Shown here piece after piece: positions 46,836-57,571 of a DNA stretch of 64,000 nucleotides. Position numbers and translations under genes: made by a program. Each line of letters starts with the position of its first letter. Positions within the stretch are counted from its first letter, which is position 1. Location of the stretch: positions 6,909 to 70,908 of the forward strand of contig JAYOTF010000006.1 in assembly GCA_038150265.1 (NCBI GenBank), given 5' to 3'. Source of the stretch: Deltaproteobacteria bacterium (GTDB taxonomy: Bacteria > SAR324 > NAC60-12). The notes below the pieces were generated by a model, which worked only from the letters and a program-made list of their open reading frames with translations, did not search any database and was not told the origin of the DNA.

Positions 46836-47246
46836 TCAGCGAGGTGGCAGGGAGTAGGTGCTGGTGACATGGGCCACCAGCTCCGGATGCCCCTCCGAGT
46901 GGATGGAAACCTCACCGACTGCCAGACGCTTCCCCACCTTCAAGAGACTGCACTCGCCAATCAGGTCGCACCCGGCCGCAGGCTTGTGCATGAAGTTGAT
47001 GTTCAGGTTCGTGGTCACGGCCAGCAGCATGGGTCCCAGCTCGCCTAAAATGGCCACGTACATGGCCGTGTCTGCCAGCAGCATCATGGTCGGACCCGAC
47101 ACGGTGCCACCGGGACGCAGGTGGCGCTCTCCAATCGGAATCCGGACCACCGAGCGGCAGGGGCCAACGTCTTCCACCACCACTTCGCTTTGAGGAAACT
47201 CCTTTTGCAGGAGCTGTTGAAGTTCTTCACGATTCATCTGGGGCAT
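46836..47246 (-). CDS. PaaI-family thioesterase
   Basis: HLRPGGTVSGPTMMLLAD, AVTTNLNINF, LKVGKRLAVGEV. Confidence 0.9.
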   Translation of the reverse strand: MPQMNREELQQLLQKEFPQSEVVVEDVGPCRSVVRIPIGERHLRPGGTVSGPTMMLLADTAMYVAILGELGPMLLAVTTNLNINFMHKPAAGCDLIGECSLLKVGKRLAVGEVSIHSEGHPELVAHVTSTYSLPPR

Positions 47247-47344
47247 GAGGCGCCTTGGGTTTGAGACTTGACGGGTTTCGACGCATTGAGGAACATAGAG
47301 GTTCCACCAAATCTTCGGAAACCGCAAGGAAGCGAACTCCGTCT

Positions 47345-49372
47345 GTGAAAAACCTACTCAACTCGCTCAACCCCCGACAGCGCGAAGCCGTGACCACCAC
47401 TCGGGGACCGGTTCTGGTCTTGGCAGGGGCCGGAAGTGGCAAAACTCGGGTCATCATTCACCGCATTGCCTACCTCATCGAGGCGAAACACGTCCCTCCT
47501 GCGCAGATCCTCGGGGTCACCTTTACCAACAAAGCCGCAACCGAGATGCAGGAGCGTCTCAAGAGCCTCTTGGGCGACCGGGGACGAGGCGTGCAACTGA
47601 GCACGTTCCACTCGCTGGGGGTTCGTGTGCTGCGGGAAAAAATCGAGCACCTGGGGTACCGCCCGAACTTCATCATCTATGACAGCCACGATCAGCTCTC
47701 CCTCCTGAAGTCGCTGATGGAGGACCATGGTTTTGACGATGAGGGCCTCATTGATGCCAAGGGCGCACACTTCGAGATCGGCCAGGCCAAGAACTCCGGG
47801 TTGGGGCCCGAACACTTCCTGGACCAGCGAGACAGCCCCCGTGCGCAAACGCTGGGGACGCTTTATCAGGCCTATCAGCAGACGCTCAAGGGGTGCAACG
47901 CCGTAGACTTTGACGACATCCTCAACCTGACGCTGGAGCTGTTTGAGCAGCATCCGGAGGCCATGCGCTCGGTCCAGGAGCGCTGGCGCTACCTGATGGT
48001 GGATGAGTATCAGGATACGAATCGGGTGCAGTACCGCTTGCTCCGGCACCTCACGCACTTTCACCAGAACCTGTGTGTGGTGGGCGACGACGATCAATCG
48101 ATTTACGCGTGGCGCGGCGCAGACGTCCGGAACATCCTCAGCATGGAGGAGGACTACCCGCAGGTTTCGGTGATTCGGCTGGAGCAGAACTACCGCTCGA
48201 CTGAGGTCATCCTGGCGGCGGCCAACGCGGTCATTGCCAACAATGCTCAGCGGATGCCGAAGCAGCTTTGGTGCGAAAAGCCCGGGGGCTCGCTGATCGA
48301 CTGGGTGGAGGCGGAAGACGAAGAGCAGGAGCTCGAAACCGTGGTGCGTCGGATTCGCATGAATGCCCTCCGGAACGGGCATGGTTACGGCGACTTTGCC
48401 ATTCTCTATCGCTCCAATTTCCAGGCACGCGCTGTGGAGGAGTCGCTTCGGGAGAGCCGCATTCCATACCGTGTGGTGGGCTCCACAAGCTTCTACGACC
48501 GGCAGGAGATCCGCGATGCCCTCGCCTACCTCAAGGTCATCCACAACCCTCGCGATGAAGTCAGCCTGCACCGCGTCATCAACCTGCCCCGGCGTGGCAT
48601 TGGCAAAACGTCGCTGATGCAGGCCAATGAACTGGCCCGGACCCGTCACGCCACGCTGTTTGAGATTGTCCGGAAGGCACGGCTGTACCCGGAAATTCCC
48701 CGTGACGCTGCAGCCTCCATGGAGGCCTTTGCCTGGATGATTGACGACTTCCGGCAGCGGTTCCAGAGCGGCTCGCTGGGCTCCGTGTTTGCCGAATTGC
48801 TGGAGCAGGTGGGCTACGTCCGGCACCTGGAGCATCAAAAAGGCGACCCCAAATCTCGGGAGCGTAAGCTCAACTGTGTCCGGGAACTCGTCAATGGCGT
48901 CCGGCGGTATGCTGAAGATCACCCCGAGCGGACCCTCGGTGAGTACCTGGAGCGGATCATGCTGTTTACCGAGCGCGACAATGAAACGGACGCGGGCAAC
49001 AACCAGGTGACGCTGATGACGCTGCACAGCGCCAAGGGGCTGGAGTTTCCGTTTGTGTTCATGATCGGGATGGCCGAGGGCATCTTTCCCAGCCCCCGAA
49101 CCGTGGACACCGGCGGCGAAGACGAGGAGCGGCGGCTGTGTTACGTGGGCATCACTCGGGCCCGGCAGGAGCTGACGTTTTCCATGGGGAAGTCCCGGAA
49201 GCGCTACGGCGAGACGATTCCGCAGCAGCCCTCACGGTTCCTCAGCGAGATTCCGGAACACCTGTTTACGGTTCCTCCGGTGGGCGAAGCCTCCGAGAAG
49301 CAGAAGGAGGTGCAGAAGGAACGCTCGCGGGCCGACTTCTTCCTGCACCTCAAGCAGATGAAAGCGGGCTAG
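47345..49372 (+). CDS. Rep/UvrD/PcrA SF1A DNA helicase (Rep-like)
   Basis: AGAGSGKT, TFTNKAA, VDEYQDTN, VGDDDQSIY, LEQNYRST, TLHSAKGLEF, EERRLCYVGITRA; GTG at 47345. Confidence 0.95.
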   Translation: MKNLLNSLNPRQREAVTTTRGPVLVLAGAGSGKTRVIIHRIAYLIEAKHVPPAQILGVTFTNKAATEMQERLKSLLGDRGRGVQLSTFHSLGVRVLREKIEHLGYRPNFIIYDSHDQLSLLKSLMEDHGFDDEGLIDAKGAHFEIGQAKNSGLGPEHFLDQRDSPRAQTLGTLYQAYQQTLKGCNAVDFDDILNLTLELFEQHPEAMRSVQERWRYLMVDEYQDTNRVQYRLLRHLTHFHQNLCVVGDDDQSIYAWRGADVRNILSMEEDYPQVSVIRLEQNYRSTEVILAAANAVIANNAQRMPKQLWCEKPGGSLIDWVEAEDEEQELETVVRRIRMNALRNGHGYGDFAILYRSNFQARAVEESLRESRIPYRVVGSTSFYDRQEIRDALAYLKVIHNPRDEVSLHRVINLPRRGIGKTSLMQANELARTRHATLFEIVRKARLYPEIPRDAAASMEAFAWMIDDFRQRFQSGSLGSVFAELLEQVGYVRHLEHQKGDPKSRERKLNCVRELVNGVRRYAEDHPERTLGEYLERIMLFTERDNETDAGNNQVTLMTLHSAKGLEFPFVFMIGMAEGIFPSPRTVDTGGEDEERRLCYVGITRARQELTFSMGKSRKRYGETIPQQPSRFLSEIPEHLFTVPPVGEASEKQKEVQKERSRADFFLHLKQMKAG

Positions 49373-50334
49373 GCGCTGAGTAACCAGTCCCGGGACCGAA
49401 GCCAGCGCTGCCAAGAGCCCTCCGGCATGGGAGAAAGACGGGCGACCGCGGCCTGCATCTCGCTCACCGTACCATGGCTGTGCAGGGCTACGTCGCATCC
49501 GGCCTCAAGGCTCTGCTGAACGCGTTCCGGAAGGGTTCCGGAGAGCGCCTTCATGAAGAGGCAATCGGTGACGAGTAAGCCGTCAAAACCGATCCAGTCT
49601 CGGATCACCTCCTGAATGATGGCGGAAGACAGCGTCGCCGGCCACTCCGGATCAAGCTGCGGAAACTTGAGGTGGCAGGTCATGGCCCACGGCAGGTCGG
49701 CAAGGCTCTGGAACGGCGCGAAGTCCTGTGCCTGCAGGTAAGCGAGGGATTCCGAAAAAACCGGGAGGTCCTCATGCGGATCGACAGTGGCGTGCCCGTA
49801 TCCGGGGGTGTGTTTGACGATCGGGAGCACCCCCGCGTCCCGGAGCCCCTCGGCACAAGCACGGGCCAGGTCGGCCACGACCTCCGGAGTGGCGGAGAAG
49901 GTGCGCTCGCCGATGACTTCATGCCGCCCCTCAATCGCCAAGTCGGCCACAGGAGCCGCGTCTACCGTGATGCCCAGCTTCTGCAGCTCGGCTCCGAGGC
50001 TCCGGTAATTTTCTCGGACACGCGAGCGGACTGCTTCCGGATCCTCCAGGTAGCCTTCGGCCAGCGTCTGAGCGGCTGGAAAATCGGGCCATTGGGGCTT
50101 GGGCAACCGCTGCACGCGCCCTCCTTCTTCATCAATCAAAACAGGGACATCCTCACGGCCTGTGGCCTCTCGCAGAGACGCTGTGAGGCGTTGAATCTGG
50201 TCGGGCGTTTCCAGGTTCCGAGCAAATAGAATGAACCCGAAGGGGTTGACTTCTCGGAAAAAAGAAAGCTCCTCTTCGGTGGCGTGCGGTCCGGAAACAC
50301 CGAAGATGATGGGTAAAGGGGGGAATGCAGGCAT
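49369..50334 (-). CDS. nagZ: beta-N-acetylhexosaminidase NagZ (GH3)
   Basis: GFILFARN, IDEEGGRVQRL, APVADL, KHTPGYG...DPH, TDCLFMKAL. Confidence 0.92.
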   Translation of the reverse strand: MPAFPPLPIIFGVSGPHATEEELSFFREVNPFGFILFARNLETPDQIQRLTASLREATGREDVPVLIDEEGGRVQRLPKPQWPDFPAAQTLAEGYLEDPEAVRSRVRENYRSLGAELQKLGITVDAAPVADLAIEGRHEVIGERTFSATPEVVADLARACAEGLRDAGVLPIVKHTPGYGHATVDPHEDLPVFSESLAYLQAQDFAPFQSLADLPWAMTCHLKFPQLDPEWPATLSSAIIQEVIRDWIGFDGLLVTDCLFMKALSGTLPERVQQSLEAGCDVALHSHGTVSEMQAAVARLSPMPEGSWQRWLRSRDWLLSA

Positions 50335-50478
50335 AATAGGGTCGCCGGACGGTGCAGAATTTGCGAGAATCAATGCGGAACGGATGAAAGTGGTCAAAAC
50401 GTGATCAGCATCTGTGAAATGAACCGGTCGGTCAAGATCAATCGACCGCCTCCTTGATAAGTTGTTTCTGAGCGGTTT

Positions 50479-52158
50479 ATGCCCCTGCTTCCCCTCTCTC
50501 TCTTTGCCTTGGGCCTGGTGGTGCTCTTCCCGAATCTCGGGTCGTTGCCCCTCATTGACTGGGATGAAAACATTTATGCTGAAGCCAGTCGGCAGATGGT
50601 GGAGCGGGGGGACTACCTGAATGTGTTCATCAATGGGCACCCCTTTGCCGAGAAGCCCCCGTTTTTCTTCTGGTTGCAGTCTCTGAGCTACCACCTTTGG
50701 GGCGTCAATGAGTTTGCGGCGCGGTTTCCGTCGGCGTTGGCCGGGTTCCTGATGGTGGGGTGGCTGTACCTCGTTGGGTCCCGGGTGTCAGGGAAGCGAT
50801 TGGGGGCCCTGTGGGCGGTGATGTACCTGACAGCGTTCTTGCCGTCGATTCTGGGACGGGCTGCGGTCATTGACCACACCTTCAACTTCTTCATTGCGGT
50901 TGCGACGTTTCTGCTCTACGCCTACGATCGCATCATGCAGGAAACGGATCCGCTGAAGGTGCACCCTTCGCCGTGGCTGCCGCTGGTGGGAGCCAGTGTG
51001 GCCATGGGCGTTGCCGTGATGACGAAGGGGCCGCTCGGGGGCGTCATTCCGTTAGTGGCCTTTGCGAGCTACAAGGTCTTCTCTCCCAATCCCCGGGTGC
51101 CGTGGGGGCACTTCTTTGCGTGCGGAGCGATCTCCCTGACCCTTGCTCTGTCGTGGTACCTGATGAACTGGATCACCTACGGCAACGAGTTCATTGAGGG
51201 CTTCATCCGTTTTCAGCTCAGCCTGTTCTCTCGTCCGCTGGAAAGTCACTCTGGCCCCTGGTTTTATCACCTGGGGGTGGCGGTATTTGGCCTGATGCCG
51301 TGGACTCCATTTTTGCTTGGAGACTTCCGGGCGGTCTGGAACAGTTCCAACCCGCATGAGCGTCACCTAGTTCGCCTCAGCCTGGGGTGGTTCCTCTTTG
51401 TACTGGTCCTCTTCTCACTGGTACAAACGAAGCTGCCGCATTACTCCGCCTCGTTTTACATTCCCTTGAGCCTGCTGACAGCCCTGGTGGCCAACCGGAG
51501 CATGGACCGGGGGCACCACCTCCCGGCCACGGTCGGGTGGGGGGTTCTCATTGCCATGGTGTTTCTGGCGGTGCTGGCGTTCGGACTGTTTCCGGACGAG
51601 GGGCAGCGCTTTCTGGAGGACACCGTTCCTGACCTGGGGCTCAGCTGGGATCTTGACTGGACCTACGCCGCTGGGGGCGCGTTTGGGGCGCTTGGCGTGG
51701 TCGGTGGCGTCTTGTTGCTGAAGCAACAGGTGGCGCGTGGGGTGGCGGTGCTGGCGGTGGCCATGGTGATCTGGACGCAGGCCTTGTGGCTGCTGCACCT
51801 GCCGCTGGTCGTTGGGTTCATGCAGCAACCGATGCTGGATTTGGTGGACGAGGCCCACGCCAAGAACCAGAAGGTCGTCTTCTTTCGGTACGTCTCTTTT
51901 GCCGCGCTGTTTTACGGCAAGCAGGAGATTGAGATGCTCCATACCGACAAGTTTCCGGGAGATCCAAGCATTCTGGACAAGCCGCAGTCCGTGGGCCTGG
52001 CCGTGATCACCAAAAACAATCATGAAGCCAGCCTCAAGCAGTCTCACCCGCGGGTGCAGCTGGTGAAGCGGCTGGGAGATTTTGTCCTCTATGAAATCCC
52101 GGCAGACGTTGCTCCGGAGGCTAGCGAAATGGAAACTCCTGCTCCGAGCAAGCCGTGA
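50479..52158 (+). CDS. ArnT/PMT-family (GT-C) membrane glycosyltransferase
   Basis: DWDENIYAEASRQM, EKPP, E..ARFPSA, TKGP, KLPHY; many TM helices. Confidence 0.9.
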   Translation: MPLLPLSLFALGLVVLFPNLGSLPLIDWDENIYAEASRQMVERGDYLNVFINGHPFAEKPPFFFWLQSLSYHLWGVNEFAARFPSALAGFLMVGWLYLVGSRVSGKRLGALWAVMYLTAFLPSILGRAAVIDHTFNFFIAVATFLLYAYDRIMQETDPLKVHPSPWLPLVGASVAMGVAVMTKGPLGGVIPLVAFASYKVFSPNPRVPWGHFFACGAISLTLALSWYLMNWITYGNEFIEGFIRFQLSLFSRPLESHSGPWFYHLGVAVFGLMPWTPFLLGDFRAVWNSSNPHERHLVRLSLGWFLFVLVLFSLVQTKLPHYSASFYIPLSLLTALVANRSMDRGHHLPATVGWGVLIAMVFLAVLAFGLFPDEGQRFLEDTVPDLGLSWDLDWTYAAGGAFGALGVVGGVLLLKQQVARGVAVLAVAMVIWTQALWLLHLPLVVGFMQQPMLDLVDEAHAKNQKVVFFRYVSFAALFYGKQEIEMLHTDKFPGDPSILDKPQSVGLAVITKNNHEASLKQSHPRVQLVKRLGDFVLYEIPADVAPEASEMETPAPSKP

Positions 52159-53548
52159 TGTGCCGGATGTGCCGAGATACCTCCCGGATCTTGCTGTAGG
52201 GCCGCCGCAGCGCGCGCGATAGCCGCCGGGCCGTGAATTTGGAGGCCACCCACTCGGCTGATGCATCCCGGAGGCTGAGGCGGAACTCGTTTTCCAGCCC
52301 AGCCAGAAATCGACGAATGCCACTTTGTCCGTTGTTGTAAGCGGCAATGGCCATCATCGCACGGACCTCCGGCTTCAGCTCAATGACGTGTCCCCGGTTC
52401 TTCCAGGTGTAGTCGTAGTAATGCTTGAGCAGCATTGCCGAGAGCAGGATATTGGTCTCGATGTTGAAAACGCTCTGAGGCTCGGACGCCAGGTAGCGTT
52501 CAGCAATCTGATCATACGCCCAATGGACCTTGGAGTAGCGTTCCGGAAGGATCTCGCCATGCCGAATCTTCCGGACCAGCACCCAGATCAACCCCTCATC
52601 CTTCCCATAAGCAATGCGGGCTCGTCGGAGCAGCTTGGACGTTTGGCTGACCATCGTGTACAGCGTTGGAGTCGCAACCCGCAGCTCCATTCGGGGCTTC
52701 TCCGGGAGCGGGAAGTCGAGGGTCAGGTCCAGGTGGTTCATCCACTGCCGGAACAGCGGGTCGCGGTAGACCTGCCCCAGGTGCTGAACGGAAAGCTCCA
52801 GGAGGCGCTCATTGTCTCCTTCCTCACGCAGGGTCATGACCTGCCGGAGAGCGATTGAGGTCAACTGCCCCACGCCACGGGCGCCGGTGCGACTGACCAT
52901 GCGGTAGTCGAGCTTCGACTCCTGAAAGAAGAGGCAGAACAGGGTGGGGTAGGGAATCTCAAAGAAGTGGGCGGCGGTTTGAATGGTGGCGAGGGTCCGG
53001 AACAGGTACCCAGGCAGGTGCCCATAGTCAGGGTGTGTGGAGTAGCGCTCCAGCACCTCCTGGGTCCACCGCTGCTGAACCATGAATTCCGCAAGGGCCT
53101 CTCGGTCTCGCTGGGTGTGGATGAAATGCACCCCGCGTTCATAGCGCAGCCGGGAAAAGGCATCGTAGCCGAGATAAAACTGATAGAACTGCTTGGTGAG
53201 CTGCGTTTCCTCCCAGTCCGGGTGCTGCGCAATGAGCGGAACCGCGAGGCGGTCGAGCTCGTGAATCAGAGGCTGAGCGGCCAGGGGCTGCTGAAAGCGA
53301 CGGGCCTGGAGCGGAAATTCATAGTCTGGAGGAATGGCCGTCCAGTCCAGGTGGCTGCTGGAGGCGTTGGGGTAGGTGGCGCTCCGGGGGTGCGGAAGGA
53401 GGTCAAAAAAGAAGGAGCGGGCGGTTGCTTGAGGCCAACAGATGAAGCAAAGCAGCAGCAGTCCCTGAACCTGGATCCGGAGAATGATGCCCACGAGTAC
53501 CCCCAGCACGTGAGTGTGAACTGCGGTGAAGGCGGGCTCCACCTGCAA
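52121..53548 (-). CDS. lytic transglycosylase (SLT)-like protein with large insertion
   Basis: QESK (catalytic Glu), SRTGARGVGQL, NILLSAMLL, AIAAYNNG; start uncertain. Confidence 0.75.
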   Translation of the reverse strand: MQVEPAFTAVHTHVLGVLVGIILRIQVQGLLLLCFICWPQATARSFFFDLLPHPRSATYPNASSSHLDWTAIPPDYEFPLQARRFQQPLAAQPLIHELDRLAVPLIAQHPDWEETQLTKQFYQFYLGYDAFSRLRYERGVHFIHTQRDREALAEFMVQQRWTQEVLERYSTHPDYGHLPGYLFRTLATIQTAAHFFEIPYPTLFCLFFQESKLDYRMVSRTGARGVGQLTSIALRQVMTLREEGDNERLLELSVQHLGQVYRDPLFRQWMNHLDLTLDFPLPEKPRMELRVATPTLYTMVSQTSKLLRRARIAYGKDEGLIWVLVRKIRHGEILPERYSKVHWAYDQIAERYLASEPQSVFNIETNILLSAMLLKHYYDYTWKNRGHVIELKPEVRAMMAIAAYNNGQSGIRRFLAGLENEFRLSLRDASAEWVASKFTARRLSRALRRPYSKIREVSRHIRHITACSEQEFPFR

Positions 53549-53600
53549 AAAAGCGCTATCCTAGCACAACCCATCTGGAATCTTACAACTATTTTAGCAC

Positions 53601-54719
53601 ATGTCGGGCTCGGAAAACTGGAAAGAACGCCTGCGGGCTCATGCCATGGCGCTTGGCTTTTCGCTCTTTGGCACCCTGCGGGTCACTCCCAGCGAGACGC
53701 ATCCGATTTACGTCCGCTGGCTGCAGCAGGGGTACGCCGGCACGATGGGCTACCTCGAGCGACACCGCGACCTCAAGCGAGACGTCCGGACCCTGCTCCC
53801 AGAGGCTCAGACGCTGGTCGCACTGGGAATCCGCTATGCGCCGTCCGACCTTCCGGAGCCCCAACCGGGAACGGGCCGAGTCAGCCGCTACGCCCTGAGT
53901 CTTGATTACCACGACCTCGTCCGGGAGAAGCTTAATGCCCTGGCCGCCTTTGCGCGCGAGGAGTTGGGCATTGAGGGCAACAGCCGGAGCTTTGTGGACT
54001 CCGGACCGGTTCTTGAGCGCGAGTACGCGCAGCGGGCGGGACTGGGATGGTTTGGCAAACACTCCTGCCTCATTCATCCGGAGCAGGGGTCGTACTTCTT
54101 TCTGGCAGAGTTGCTCCTGGCCTGTGACCTTCCAGAAGATTCCCCCTTCACGCGCATCAACTGTGGATCCTGCACCCGCTGCATGGAGGCGTGCCCAACA
54201 GACGCGATTGTTGCGGACCGGACCGTTGACGCCCGCCGTTGCATCTCTTACCTCACCATTGAGCTAAAGGACGAAATCCCGGAGGAGCTGCGCTCCGGAA
54301 TGGGCGCGCACGTCTTCGGGTGTGACATCTGTCAGGAGGTCTGCCCCTGGAACCGTCGGGCCCCGGCTTCGGAGGTGCCCGAGTTTGCTCCAGACCCGGA
54401 GCGGTTGCAGCCCCGTCTGCTGGAATGGATGGCCCTCGATGAAGACGGCTTCCGCAGCCGGTTCCGGAAGACCCCGTTGTGGCGCTCGAAGCGACGGGGG
54501 CTGCTGCGGAATGTCGCGGTGGCGCTGGGGAATTGGGGAAGCCCGGAGGCGGTGCCGGTGTTGGTTCAGGCGCTGGACGATCCGGAGCCGCTCATTCGCC
54601 AGCATGCGGTGTGGGCACTGCGCACCATTGGGGGACCAGATGCCGAGGCCGCCCTGGAGCGGTTGCGGGCGCGTGAAGCCGACGCGTCCGTCCGGAAGGA
54701 GCTTCCCGCCTCTGTTTAG
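53601..54719 (+). CDS. queG: epoxyqueuosine reductase QueG
   Basis: DYH, VDSGPVLER, AGLGWFGK, CGSCTRCMEACPT, RRCISYLTIE, GCDICQEVCPWN; HEAT-like tail. Confidence 0.95.
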   Translation: MSGSENWKERLRAHAMALGFSLFGTLRVTPSETHPIYVRWLQQGYAGTMGYLERHRDLKRDVRTLLPEAQTLVALGIRYAPSDLPEPQPGTGRVSRYALSLDYHDLVREKLNALAAFAREELGIEGNSRSFVDSGPVLEREYAQRAGLGWFGKHSCLIHPEQGSYFFLAELLLACDLPEDSPFTRINCGSCTRCMEACPTDAIVADRTVDARRCISYLTIELKDEIPEELRSGMGAHVFGCDICQEVCPWNRRAPASEVPEFAPDPERLQPRLLEWMALDEDGFRSRFRKTPLWRSKRRGLLRNVAVALGNWGSPEAVPVLVQALDDPEPLIRQHAVWALRTIGGPDAEAALERLRAREADASVRKELPASV

Positions 54720-55276
54720 ATCGCCTGTTGCTTGATGCGCTGCTCCAGGCGATCTCGCAGGTCCTGGACCGAGGTCATGTTGGGATTGGCTTCGAGGGCC
54801 TGGTCAAATGCCTCCAGTGCTTCCACGGGGCGCTGCTGCAGGAGGTAGATCTGGCCGAGTCCGGAGAGGGCGCCAAAGTGCCGAGGCTCCAGCTCAAGGG
54901 TCCGGTCGATGTCTGCAATCGAGCCTTCGTAGTCCTTCACCAGAAACCGGACAGTCGCTCGGCGGTTCCAGCCTTCGGCATAATCCGGAGCCTGGGTGAC
55001 CACCTGATCGAGAGCCTCCAGCGCGGCGGCGTAATTCTGCACATTCATGAAGCGAGCGGCCTCGGTCATCAGGCGTTGCACGTCTTCATTGCCATGTTCA
55101 ATCCAGACCTCCCAAATCATCTGCTCCAGCATCTGGGCCTCCAGCGGGCTCTTTGCCGCATGCAGGTGTTCAAAAAGAGGGGGCAGGCGGGTACTGGTCT
55201 GGTCAGCAGCCGCAAAGGAACTGCTGGAGAGCAGCAGCATGAGGATGAGGACAAGGCGTTGGGGTGCCACGGTCAT
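54716..55276 (-). CDS. secreted TPR protein
   Basis: Signal peptide; PDYAEGWNRRAT, SIADIDRTLELEPRHFGALSGLG; SD aggagg. Confidence 0.88.
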   Translation of the reverse strand: MTVAPQRLVLILMLLLSSSSFAAADQTSTRLPPLFEHLHAAKSPLEAQMLEQMIWEVWIEHGNEDVQRLMTEAARFMNVQNYAAALEALDQVVTQAPDYAEGWNRRATVRFLVKDYEGSIADIDRTLELEPRHFGALSGLGQIYLLQQRPVEALEAFDQALEANPNMTSVQDLRDRLEQRIKQQAI

Positions 55277-55366
55277 GGAGCCTCCTGAAAACGGGTTCGG
55301 ATTCTCTTTCACCAGTAGCATGGATTGGGAGGAATGTCTTGAAAAACTGCTGCTTGCCGCAGGGCC

Positions 55367-55702
55367 CTAGAAGGTGCCGGGCATTCCTTCCTTGAGGGGG
55401 GTCTTGCCTTCAGCGTGTCCAATGGCGCGGTAGGCCAGCTGCTTGGCCGCCTCACAGCGGTCGCACTCGCACCCGATTCCTTGGTCATGGAGGGCGGTTT
55501 CCGTGGAGGCCAACAGTTCCCGGAGGGCCTCATAGAGCAACGGCGCGGCAGCCACCAGGTGGGCATCTGGAGCCATGGCTTCCGGATCCTGGTTCTGGAC
55601 TTCAGCGACCGGCTGGTCGTTGGACGCATAGACCACAAATTTTCCGGGACTGCCGTGGTGGTAGCGTTCACGCCAGGGGCGCGGAGAGGTTTCAGGCGTC
55701 AT
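55367..55702 (-). CDS. small phage-type hypothetical protein
   Basis: SPRPW...VAEV...DAHLVAAAPLLYEALRELL...AYRAIGHAEG resembles the phage TPGPW...NARLIAAAPELLEAL...AAIAKAEG pattern. Confidence 0.65.
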   Translation of the reverse strand: MTPETSPRPWRERYHHGSPGKFVVYASNDQPVAEVQNQDPEAMAPDAHLVAAAPLLYEALRELLASTETALHDQGIGCECDRCEAAKQLAYRAIGHAEGKTPLKEGMPGTF

Positions 55703-55756
55703 GGGGGTCAGAACGGCAAGGGGGGAAGGGACGCCGAAGCGTCCCTGGAACACGAC

Positions 55757-56779
<1,023 letters not shown>

Positions 56780-56893
56780 TCAGTAACGAGCCCGGAGGCT
56801 CTTGGTGACAAAGGCTGCAGAGGGTCTGCAAGCGTGTTGAAATCAGACTGAAGGAGGCCTTCAGTCGAGTCTGGCGGGGGGACCAGACCGAGC

Positions 56894-57571
56894 TTAAGTC
56901 GGGGCTTCCGTGACCGTGGTGGTTTCCCCGTCTGAGATGATGAGTGTGGAGCAGAGGTTGACAAACAGCCCGTTCTCCACCACACCCGGAATCAAGTTGA
57001 GCTGGGCTTCAAGCCGCTCCGGGTCCGGAATGGCTCCGAAGTGACAGTCCAGGATGAAGTTGCCCTGGTCGGTGGTCAGAGGCTGCCCGCCAACCAGCCG
57101 GAGCTGCGGGTGCCCCCCGAGGGCGTCAATTTTCGAAGCGACCACGGGCCAGCCAAACGGAATCACCTCCACCGGTAGCGGGAAGGCGCCGAGCTGCTCC
57201 ACCTGCTTCGAGGAGTCTGCGACAATGATCTCACGCCGCGAGGCGGAGGCCACAATCTTTTCCCAAAGCAAGGCGGCCCCACCGCCCTTGATGAGCTGCA
57301 AGGCCGGGTTGACTTCGTCGGCTCCGTCAATGGTCAGGTCGACCGTGGTGGTCGCCTGAAAGTCAATCAGCTCCAGGCCTTCCTGCAGCGCCAGCTCCCG
57401 GGTGGTCTGAGACGTCGGAATGCCCTTGATGCTCAGCTTTCCCTGCCGCACCTTCTCCCCAAGGATCTGGACAAGGTAGGTCGCGGTCGATCCGGTTCCA
57501 AGCCCAACGACCATTCCGGACTCGACGCATTCGGCGGCAGCGGCGGCGGCCTGCTGCTTGGCCTTACTCAT
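56894..57571 (-). CDS. rpiA: ribose-5-phosphate isomerase A
   Basis: GLGTGST, IDGADEV, IKGGGAALLWEKIVA, TDQGNFILD, PGVVENGLF; ATG 57571. Confidence 0.97.
   Translation of the reverse strand: MSKAKQQAAAAAAECVESGMVVGLGTGSTATYLVQILGEKVRQGKLSIKGIPTSQTTRELALQEGLELIDFQATTTVDLTIDGADEVNPALQLIKGGGAALLWEKIVASASRREIIVADSSKQVEQLGAFPLPVEVIPFGWPVVASKIDALGGHPQLRLVGGQPLTTDQGNFILDCHFGAIPDPERLEAQLNLIPGVVENGLFVNLCSTLIISDGETTTVTEAPT

Noticed and set aside
40335..47246. paaK plus PaaI thioesterase as a phenylacetate catabolic cluster
   Set aside because: They are about 5 kb apart, on opposite strands, in different operons, and no paaABCDE or paaZ is in the window
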